Assembly (NCBI GenBank): GCA_024137785.1
Contig: JAHRHZ010000018.1
Location: 51,620,229-51,684,228, forward strand
Length of the DNA: 64,000 nt
Source of the DNA: Ginglymostoma cirratum
Taxonomy: Eukaryota
Direction of reading: 5' to 3'
The translations under genes were made by a program, and so were the position numbers. Shown piece by piece: positions 40,050 through 50,406 of this stretch. Position 1 is the first letter of the stretch; each line of letters begins with the position of its first letter. The notes beneath the pieces were generated by a model. That model was not told where the DNA came from, did not search any database, and saw nothing but the letters and a program-made list of their open reading frames with translations.

Positions 40050-40330
40050 GTAGAACATCCAAACTGTTTCACATTATTTTGAAGTGTAGCCATTGTTGTA
40101 TTACTGGCAAATGCAGCACAGATCCTACAATGAGATGAATGACCAGATAATTTATTTTGTGTCATGTTGATTGGGAAATAAATACTTGCTCAGACTCCAG
40201 GAGAAATCCCCAGTTTTTCTTTAATTAGTCCTATAGGATCTTCTACATAAACCTAAGGGAGAAAATTTGGCCTTCCTAAAAATAAATCTTATCCAAACAG
40301 AATGAAGAACTACTCTATAGGCTAATCGTT
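40050..40330 (-). mobile_element. Deu-core SINE (SacSINE1/AmnSINE1-like) remnant
   Basis: ttttgaagtgtagccattgttgta...aatgaccagataat...atgttgattgggaaataaatacttg...ggatcttctacat matches the reverse Deu domain as I recall it. A weaker copy lies at ~27370-27560. Confidence 0.6.
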
Positions 40331-40652
40331 ATTTCTTGAGCTTTTCAAAATATGTTCTACACTTGTTCAAAAACCATTATTATTATTTTTACACAGCCTT
40401 ATCAAGCTGACATGAAGCTTGGGATCCTAAAGGTGGTATTTCACTGCAGTGGGAATAACTGAAACAATGTAGTTCAACAGATGAGCTTGTACTCATTTGC
40501 ATTGTTTAAGATCCTGAATTTGCCTCTTTAGCTGTTGGCTATATAAAATATGCAATGCAGAGTCTTTCAATCCAACAAGACTGACAAACTGAGGAGACCC
40601 ACTTACCATTTCCTTTACTTGCATATTAACCTTTCCCCCTCCTGTGTGTCAG

Positions 40653-40719
40653 CATGTTCAACCTCACATCCAATGGGCTGACAGAATGCCTCCCCCTGGA
40701 TTCACCTGCTGGTCCCTCT
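40653..40719 (+). other. Candidate 67-nt internal exon of an unidentified gene
   Basis: tattaac + pyrimidine tract + tcag acceptor, and a gtgagt donor. Two frames are open (HVQPHIQWADRMPPPGFTCWSL or MFNLTSNGLTECLPLDSPAGPS). No homology recognised. Confidence 0.3.
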
Positions 40720-41421
40720 GTGAGTAAAACCTAACACATTTGCCTGTCAGCAGCAAAATTCTCACTGTTTTCATCTCCTGTGACTTTTGGCATAATGTTT
40801 GTTTTAATAACTGAAGTCATCCCCAGGCTTGGAGAATTAAAGTTCTCCTTGGCAAAAGAGTAGGAGAGAGTATGCCACAGAAAATAACCAAATATCATGT
40901 ACTTTTCTGCTGGGCAGAATTCTTTAACTGTTAACACATTTTGAATAACCAGCACTGGTGAATTCAATTGTTTTGATCCCGTCGCACGACATGCTGAATT
41001 TTTCAGGCAGCGCCAGCCCAAATATTCATTCTTTAAGTGTCTATCTGTAGCAAGATGCTGTTCAATTACAGAGAAGAATCACAACGGAGCCTGATCATAC
41101 CCTTACTTACTGCCCATGCAATATACACTTTCCAGGCTATGTGACTGGATCACTGTTGGAACTGGTTAATATCATTCTAAATCCCAGATTATTTATACTG
41201 CTACCTACTGCTGCTCCTCCTGAGATTAACTATCATTCTAACATAGTCCACCTCACAGGAAACTGCAAGGTATTTGTTGGATGTCTCTTTTATAGTCTGT
41301 CTGATTTTCTAAGAAGTTTAAAATTGGGAAGGGTGCAAAGAGGGACAACGGAATTGCCAAAGAGAAAAACCAATGAAACTTGAAAATGAATGTACTAATC
41401 ATATTGGAGTTCCATTTTCAG

Positions 41422-41459
41422 GTACACAAGACAAGTCGGACCCATTTGCATCATTTTGA
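41422..41459 (+). other. Candidate terminal coding exon start (xTQDKSDPFASF*) followed by a UTR-like stretch
   Basis: tactaat branch point and ccattttcag acceptor. About 1.6 kb downstream has no recognisable repeat, with AATAAA at ~42795 and ~43011. Confidence 0.3.
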
Positions 41460-43089
41460 AATTTTACTGGTTTTTCTCTTTGAACGACTGAATATTTTGT
41501 TTTATTTTGTTTCAATTTTGTCATTTTGTTTTAAAATAATCCCCCAGTAGTTAAATTTGGGAATTCTGGGGCTCATGCTCATGTGTACACATTTCCTTTA
41601 CAAGCCCACTGGAGGAAACAAATTCTGCTGTGCTTTCAATTCAGGGATCCCAAGTTGTCTGCAATCTTCATACAATGTTCAATATGACAGACTCAAGTCA
41701 ATCTAAGCCAGACTTACATGGAGGTTTCTTGGCATTACCAATCCAATCCAGTGCAAAAACACCAATTCTATTTTATTTTCCTCTGTGGAAAGTCATGCAA
41801 AATTAGTCTTCCAGGCCTCCTGCTTCATAAAGCCTTCCCCCAAGCTTCAACAATCCCTCAATCCTGGGAATACCAAAGATCCCCTTTTTCTCCGTATGTA
41901 AATGTACTCTGTTGATCTTGATGCTTTTATATTTCTCCTTCTGCTGCTTCCGGAACTGCTTGATGAAGAGTAAAGCCCAGAGAAATGGCAGTAAGACCCA
42001 AACTTTCCAGTTGAATATCATTTTCTCTCTCCAGTTCAGCCCTGGTACAAATATAATTTTGAGCTTTACTGTCAAGGTTTGGGAAAATGAGCTGGAATTA
42101 GGGAAGTCACAAGGCTGTCAGCAATGTTACGCTATTGCTACTGTTACCAAAAAGAGAAGCCCTGCCTCAGTATTTTACCACCTCCGAGGTATACCTGAAC
42201 CTTGTCTTTCTGCCCAGTGTGTTCCCTGCTTGTGCCTCATGCATAAATGTTAATCTATGGGAAGCAACTGTTTTCCCAGTTAGAAATTTCATCCTTTCTT
42301 CACGTTGGTTAAACACATTGATCACCAGTGGTGTAGAGGCATGGAGGGCCAGCAGTTCATATGGAGATTTCAAACTCGATTTTAATTTCATAACACGCTG
42401 GAAGTTCAGCATGAATGGGCATCGTGTGATAGTGCACCAGAAAACATCTAATGACCGAGACAGCAGGCGATATTAGAAGTGTGAATAACCTTGTAAGAAC
42501 TTTGCACTGGAAACCTGGCCCAAATTTAAGGCTCTGTTTAGAGTTAATGAGAAAATTCATGAAAACTGAGAACGGGAGATGCAGACAAGTTAGTGAGTTT
42601 AGACAACATTATGCTTGTATCAGGGTTTTCTTTAACTACTGTTTACAAAGTGCCATTAGCAACCAGCTATACAAAGGATTTTAAATACTTGCGTGGTTTT
42701 AGAACTCATATTGGCATCCTGTTCTACACAAAGCTCCATTTGAACTTCAGAAGTGTCAGGCTCCAGCTGATCAGTGTGAGAGTGTAAGTGACATAATAAA
42801 AAAAAGTGTGATATACTAATGTTAATTACAATGACATTTGGAAAATCTGCGTGTGTTGCAGAGATCACATGACAGTACAAATGTTCCAATTTTATGCATA
42901 CAATCCAAACATTCCTGCTAATCCATATATATCACTAATTTATGTGCTTCCATGCAATATTAGTCTATAAATATTTTAATATGTCTTTCTATGATTTTTC
43001 CTGCTATTGTAATAAACATGTTAACAAACAGTTTTATTTTAAAAAACTTAACCATTTTGACGTCTTTGCTAAAACGGCAGAAAATGGAT

Positions 43090-45012
43090 TCACAGTGCAG
43101 AGGAATGGCCATCAATACCATAAGAAGGTCAATGATCTTATTCACTGCTCTAAGCGCCACATTCTTCTGTCTCACTCCATCCTTTCACCCACCATCCACC
43201 AGCCATCAAGGCTCTGCCACTCTCACTGCGCCCTGTAATACCTTCCCTCAACAACCTCCCAAATCTGCCATATCACTATATCGTATGGCCTTTGGGCTGC
43301 CTCCTTTCTCCCTTGGAATACCTCACCACCTTCTGCATATCTGCATCAGTACCAACACCTGTATCATCCACTTTCAGTTCACTCAGTTCCTCCTTTTCTC
43401 TCATTTCAAGAGAAGACAGTACACAAAGAGTCTGTACAGATGGAGGGGTGCCTGACATTAGGCTGCTCATCCCTTAAGAGGAAAGAATCTTCGCTCTTGT
43501 GGGAGAAGACCGGGACTGCTCCTGTTGGGATGCCAAAACATCCATGCCTTGTCAACTAAGGAAGTACCATTCTTCATTCCATGACAATTCCCACACAAAC
43601 TCTGCTGTCAGAACCATTCATTACGTACCATTTCTAACCACTGACTGTGATATTTTGCCTTTCTTTTGTCTTGCAGATACCACCAACATGTCTACCACCT
43701 ATGAGGAGAATTGGTCAGCTCTCCCAGCCTATAGTACCAGTGCCTCAGAGGAAGCATCGGCGAGGCTACTTCTTGCACCCAACACTAGCTCAGATACTGA
43801 AGCCACAGTGGGAACTGCAACCTTAGAAAATTCCAGAGCACAAGCTGGTGAGCATCTCAGAGTGGCAGCTCTGCAGCTGGCCAAGGAGGAGAGGACATTG
43901 TGGTGTCCATGATCAGGGACTTCACCCACAGGCACAGGGAGGAAGAGCAGCAGCAGACAGGGATGTGGGAGAGAGAATGGCCCTCATTGCCCAGAAGCTG
44001 CAGGAGGGCTGCGAGTCATGTGACTGTCTGTCTCCAAAGACAAGTTGGCTGTTGCCATGGAGACACAGGGCCAGCTCCTGCACAGGCTGCTGGAGAGGCT
44101 CATACAACCACACTCTATCATCCCAGCCATTAGTCCTTGGGGTCAAGGAAGCTGTTGAGGAGGAGGTGCCACAAAGAGGTCCTTCAGACATCTCCACACA
44201 GGATATCCCAGAGATGGCTGTGCACACCACCTCCACACTGCCACCCCTTTCTGACCATTGGAAGTTCAGGCCAAGGAGGATCAACTTGCACCTAGCAAGA
44301 TGACCCTTGGCTAGTCTGGTCCATCCAGACACCAGTGTCCCAGGAGCTCCCAATCAAATCTTCAGGGTCAACGTGCTCTGCTGTGGGGCATCCCTCCAAC
44401 CCAAGGAATTCCCTAAGACAGAGTGGAAGGAAGAGGAAGAAGGAAAATGATTGAAGGCACTTTGGTGACACAAGTAGTGTTATTGGGCCCTTTTTATTAC
44501 AAATGGCACTTTTTGACTTTATATCTGGTTGTTTGTCTCTCTGTAGTCCTGACTAATTGTTCCAGCATATGGCATAACATCATGTGCACACAGTTTATAC
44601 TATGGATCGCTGTCTATGCTGAATGCATACTACAGCATCTGGAGGAAAGTACAGAGGCCAATGGTGCTGCTGGAACTTTGGCCCTCATTATACAGAATTC
44701 CCATTCTTTCCAGTGTCTAAGGCCAATAGTATTGGTGCCCTCCTATTTTATTGCCTTGCTATTGTTCCTCGAACTTTGTCAACTCACTGTCAGGTCCCAC
44801 GTGCTATAAATTAGTTCCAATGCTGGGTTTCTAACAGAATCAGAGTGGGCAGTTAATTACTGTTTGGAATATCATTAATATTCTGTGATTGGGTTCATTG
44901 GTCTTTCTGGGGTCAATGAGCATAGAATCGGGTCAGTTCAGGCCTTAGGGTCGTGCTCAGATGCACAATGAGTTTGTCAGTCAATTTTTTTAAACTAAAA
45001 CAAAATTCCGCC
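43090..45012 (+). mobile_element. PIF/Harbinger remnant with an intron-containing Myb/SANT-like gene
   Basis: VQRNGHQYHKKVNDLI (43093-43142), a pyrimidine-rich intron, exon ...DGGVPDIRLLIP*EER (~43410-43500). Candidate right TIR aaaattccgcc followed by TTA (45002-45015). Confidence 0.6.
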
Positions 45013-45149
45013 TTATCTGGTAAAACTGGTACAGAACTGCACCCTTAGAATATTAATGGCACATTTTATGCCCCTTCCTAGTCTGCCTCAGAACGTCTGC
45101 ACCAACTCATGAATGGTGGATGTCAGAGGCATGTCTGAAAAAGATAAGT

Positions 45150-45485
45150 GGTATGGTGGCTCACAGGGCAAGGGACCTGGGTTCGATTCCACCCTTGGGC
45201 AATTGTCTGTGTGGAGTTTGCAAATTCTTCCCATGTCTGCACCGTCCAGGTGCTCCAGTTTCCTCCCACGGTCCAAAGATGCGCAGGTTAGGTGGATTAG
45301 CCATTGGAAATTGCTTATAGCGTCTATGGATGTGCAGGCTAGGTCGGTTAGCCAATGGAAATGTAGAGTTACAGAAATAGATTAGGATAGAGGGATGGGT
45401 CTGGGTGGGATGTTCTTTGAAGGTTCAATGTGGACTTGTTGGGCTAAATGGCCTGCTTCCAGACTTTAGGGATTCTACTCTATGA
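45150..45485 (+). mobile_element. HE1-like SINE
   Basis: B box gggttcgattcc, V-core tgtctgtgtggagtttgcaaattcttccc, tail gggattctactctatga. Confidence 0.88.
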
Positions 45486-45489
45486 AATG

Positions 45490-46200
45490 CATAGATGACA
45501 GTTCTGGTGCTGAAGGAGTGTGATGGGAGGTGGTGGGCGTGGAGTAGTGGTAATGTTCTTGTGGAAGGACAAGGCCATTTTTATGATAGCAAGAATATCA
45601 GCTTGTGCACTTAACTTGGGGTCAAATAAGATACAGGAATTGAGAATAGCCTGGTTTAGCCTGAACTAGTGGATGGAGAGGGAAGTAGTTTGTGGCAAGG
45701 GAATGAACAACAAGACCAAAGTATAATTGGAGGAAGGTGCAGTTCATTCAAAAACAGAGTTGAATAGGCTGCCTGATAGCACAGGTGCAGTTGAAAAGTT
45801 GAGCAAAGCATGGTAATGTATCACCTACATATCATGCAAGGGAATCCTTATTTATGACAGTAGCCAGGGATGAAAGGGGAATGGGTGGTGAAGATGTAAG
45901 TTGATGATGCAGAGAGCTACAGGTTCTGAGTTTGGTCCTCCTAATGTTTAGCTGGAGGAAGTTGTATTCATTGTCAACCGGATGTTGGGGAAGCCATGTG
46001 ACAACAGATTGTCAGCAGAGAAGTCGATGGGGACATTGTAGAGATAGAACTGAGTGCCATCAACAGCTGGAAGCTGACCCTATGTCTGTGGCTCAATTCA
46101 CCAATAGGCAGTGGGAAGCTGGGGTGCAGGCAATAGGATAGATTTTTGTGGAAACAGTGAAAAAAATGTGTGGGTGGGATTGCTAGACTTTTGTTTTACC
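45490..46200 (-). mobile_element. Decayed L2 LINE RT fragments
   Basis: Minus strand ~46035-46080 ggtcagcttccagctgttgatggcactcagttctatctc resembles VSFH.YADDTQLYL, and cagctaaacattaggaggacc resembles LQLN..KT. Confidence 0.5.
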
Positions 46201-46289
46201 TTTCAATATTAGGAAAGGAAATGGAAAATTCAGAGAAAATAACATTCAACTTCATTGAACGAAGACTTTATGTTAAAAAAACTGTCATT

Positions 46290-47190
46290 TGTAGCTTCAG
46301 CAAGTTGACACGTCATGTTTAGGCATGCCTAGTGCTGCTCCTGATATGCTGTCCTTACTCCTCATTGAACCATGGCTGGTGATAACGGCAGAGTGGAGGA
46401 TATGCTGGGCCATGAGGTTGCTGATTGTGTTGGACTATAATTCTTCTGCTGCTGATGGCCCACAGTACCTCATGGGTACCCAGTCTTTAATTGCTAGATC
46501 TGTTTGAAGTCAATCCCATGTAGCACCATAATAATTATGATGGAGGTATCCTTAATATGAAGACAGGATCATCTCCACAAAGACTGTGCAGTAATCACTC
46601 TCATTGAAACTTTCATGGACAGATACATCTACAGCAAGCCGCTTGATGAGGATGAGGTCAAGAATGCTCTCCCCCAACAATGTCGGTTCCATCACCAGCA
46701 CGCACACCTTAACTAGCAGTAATGGCCTGAAGAAATCAACCAGCTTGATTAGTTGTGGTGCTGTCAAGCCACTCTTGGTGAGAGACATTGTGATGTCTCC
46801 ATCTAGAGTATATTCTGTACCCTTCCATAATCATTGCTTCCTCCAATTGGATTCCAACATAGGGAAGCAATGATTCATTCGGTGGAGTATGAGTAGATGT
46901 TGAAGACAGCGTGTTTCCTTGGCCATATTTAACCCGATGACAAGAGATTTCATTGACTCTGAATTCAGTGTGGGAACCTCCTGTAGACTGTATATCACTG
47001 TTCCTCCACTTCTGCTGGGTGTATCTTCCTGGTGGGACAGGACATACCAAAAGATGTTTATGGTGGTGCCTGGGACATTGTAGGTATTATTCTGTGAATA
47101 GGAGGATGTCATGCTGTTGCTTTACTTGTCTTTGAGACATCTCTCCCAATTTTGGCATGAACCCCCAGCTGTTTACAAGGAGGACCATAA
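46290..47190 (-). mobile_element. APE endonuclease region of the CR1-group LINE family also at 39170 and 61081-63100
   Basis: HNVSHQEWL, PTLLGESILDLIL (PTR..N.LDL), VHESFNESDY (SDH equivalent). aacagatctagcaa is shared with ~62305. Confidence 0.75.
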
Positions 47191-48391
47191 AGCTGGCCAT
47201 GGCTAAGTTTATCTTAGGGTGTCCCTGAGGTGTGAGATTTTAACCTGAAATCACAGGTACTTGGTTACTGCTGTGAACTATCGGCAGGAGCAAATATTAC
47301 AGAGACCTTTAATATCTCTAGTGACCTGATACTTTTTCCCATCCAGTATTGCCACCAGGCATTCTTCCTTCTTGATAGGTACATGTCTCAGCAATTTTCA
47401 GTGGTGCATCCTTGGCTCCATCCCCTTCCCCTGCCAAAACCAATGCCTTGAAATACAGGCTTTTTTGAGTCCATGTTTTGTGAAAATCATTTTTAGGTTT
47501 ATTAACCGTACATGGGGTTTCCCCTCCAACATGTGTACATTCTCACAAAGTGTGCAAATAAAAATGGGGAATGAGGGCCTCTTCATACCTCCTCAGGAGG
47601 TTTGCTGTTTGGCTTTCTTGCCCTTGGGGAAACTTAATTTTGGATCTGCTATATCTTGTTTGGTCAATGCTGGTTTCATGAAACTTGACCAATCTGTTAG
47701 TCACATGATCGCTATGGCCATTTTAGGCCTGTGTTTTTAATCCCTTCCTAAAACTACTTCAATCCTTGAAATTCCCAGATAATATGCTGAACAACAGAAT
47801 TCAAAATCACATATTTATATTTTATGCCATCATGATCCTCGATTGAGATCCTCGATTAATACCTGAATCTTGTTTCACAATATGACAGCAACACAAACCT
47901 GGACATGTATCATGAGTATACTGGGATCAGATGAAAACGCAGTTGCTCATGAAATAACGAAGCAATATTTAAGTAGTAAACAAAAATTAATTTAGTTGGA
48001 CCAAATCATCCAGTTCTGACTTATGAAGCTGAAAGCACTGCTTTTCTTCACTTAACTGGCACTCTAAATGGCATTTGAAATCGATGTCCATTACCAGGGC
48101 CCCGGGAATTTGCAGGGCATGCTGAGACCCAGCAATACTGCGTCCACGCAATCTTCCAATCATTCTGTCACACTCATGCCAGAATCACGTGCTCAACTGT
48201 TGAAAGAATTTGGCTCCTTTGTGAACTTCCACTAACCCTACACTGGAGTGTCAGTGCAGTAAGCTGCAGCGGTCACTGATGAATATAGTCAGAAAGCAAT
48301 TGCCGGATTCAAGGCCCCTGAAGATTTCAGTCAACATAATTATTGTTCCTTGGTGCTAGAAAGCACCCAAAAGAGTACTGAAATATATCAA

Positions 48392-48605
48392 GAGCTGCCG
48401 ATGCTGGAGTTAGAGATAACACAGTGTGGAGCTGGAGGAACACAGCAGGCCAGGCAGCATCAGAGGAGCAGGAAAGTTGACATTTCGGGTCGGGACTCTT
48501 CTTCAGATCTTTTCTGAAGAAGGGTCCCGACCCGATACATTAGCGTTCCTGCTCCTTTGATGCTGACTGGCCTGCTGTGTTCCTCCAGCTCCACACTGTG
48601 TTATC
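48392..48605. mobile_element. Fold-back PLE-end mini-element with back-to-back hammerheads and 15-bp TSD
   Basis: Near-perfect inverted repeat 48415-48507 / 48513-48605. Hammerhead on minus (48479-48506) and on plus (48514-48541, GAAA mutated to GATA). Flanks actgaaatatatcaa (48377-48391) and actgaaaaataacaa (48606-48620). Confidence 0.9.
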
Positions 48606-50406
48606 ACTGAAAAATAACAATTATCTTTGCCTTTGAAATTCTACATGACAGTGTATGTGCCATCTTTGTTGAAAGACTCAACTGTTTCTTGGACTTCTAT
48701 GGTGATCAATGGATCTGTATTTGATTATGCGAATCTCTTCTCCATTGAAGTTAACTGTGCTGGATTAGTTAAGCCTGGATGTGGACTCAGACTAAACCGT
48801 TAAGAACTGTGGAGGTTGCTAATGTCAGCATCACAAGGACCAGATATTTTACTGTACTGAATAAAATGTGTTACATAGAAACGCGGGTTCCATCTCTACA
48901 GAGCTCCAAGACATAAAATATACAACAATGTCCAATCAGTATTTGCTTTTAAAATATCGATCTGAATCAAATGCTCCAGATATACATCACCCATCAGATC
49001 AGCTTTGAACTTTAATATACAGCATAATTGCAGTCACAGACCTCAGGCGCTTGTTTCATATAACTGCCAGTTTTAACTCAAACCTATAAAACCCGACAGA
49101 AGAATCCATGCTACACTGACTCTTTATACAATTTTTTTTTGCAAAGATGTGTTCTCCTGTTCACAATCTTTTTGCTGTACAATGCAGCTTACATCCTGCT
49201 TCATGCCTGTGGTGTTTCCACGCCATATTTTACATGTAAAAGAATTCCAAAGTGGGACAACTCTGCCTCTCCAATTGGAAACCAAAAGATTGATATTGTG
49301 ACACGGCACTGTTTCTCTGAGGGCAAAAAGACATCATTCGAAGGAATTGCAGATTCTTTCTAATGATTTTGGTTTCTAACCAGAGCAATGCACTTTTTCA
49401 GCAAGTTAGTGAAGAAATTAGTTGTTCATTCTAAATATGTTATTAAGTCAGAAATACTTGAAAGTGAACGTTTTGCCTGATTTATTTATTTACATTTTTT
49501 AGAAATAATATGGAGAAATACATCTACTAATCACCAAGCCAGCAGCAAAGAGGTTAATGTTCACTTTTAAGTAGATACAGCTATTACACGTAGCGGAATT
49601 TCTTCACCAGTTTTAGGTACTGCTTGGTAAACCAACCAAATGAGATAAAGCAGCTTTAATAGTCCATAACATTGCAATCACTTCATGTTGTGACCCACAG
49701 TCAAAATCATCATTTAAAGTACTGATTAATGAACAACATACTTAAATCATACTTAAAAGCAGGACAGCACCACTCCTTTCTAATTGCAAAACTGAATTTA
49801 AAAAGTCACACAGCATAAACAGTGTAAAAGAATGATAGTTTCTGTACTTCAGCTACCAATTCTTTTGAGGTCAAGTGTACCCTGTATTATATTTTATTCC
49901 AATAACATATACCTCCTACAGAATCTCCTGGAGTCTGCTGCAAATTGCTTTCTTGTGTATCTGCTTTAATGATGGAATGTAATTCTCCCTGTGAGCATCT
50001 TCTGACACAAGGAAAGCATATCACACAAACTGCAACATTATTTAAATTAAAGTTCCCTACAACACTGATATTAATTAAAATAACTACTCTCAGGTTAGTA
50101 TTAAGAAGTATTACAGTTTTGCTGTTCTTTACAATAGAGATTGCACACTAGCTAAGAGAAGAAGCAGAACAAAAGCTGGCTGTGTCTTCCACAGGCTGAG
50201 CCAAGCCTGGAGAGTCAGCATAGTCAATGGAACAAGAAAAAGAATTCCCAGATTGGGTTTGTCCCAAGTTGGAGTTTGGGTTAATTGAGATTTCAAATTC
50301 ATCCTCTAACACAGGAATTGAAATCTGGTTCCTCTGGATACAAATGCAAATCTAAACATCAAAAATTGTTCCTATTAGAATGGTCCTAAATTTGAGCAAA
50401 TTTTCT

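Noticed and set aside
41718-42900. Cluster of 60-113 aa ORFs on both strands
   Set aside because: No domains and AT-rich UTR-like composition. Consistent with chance.
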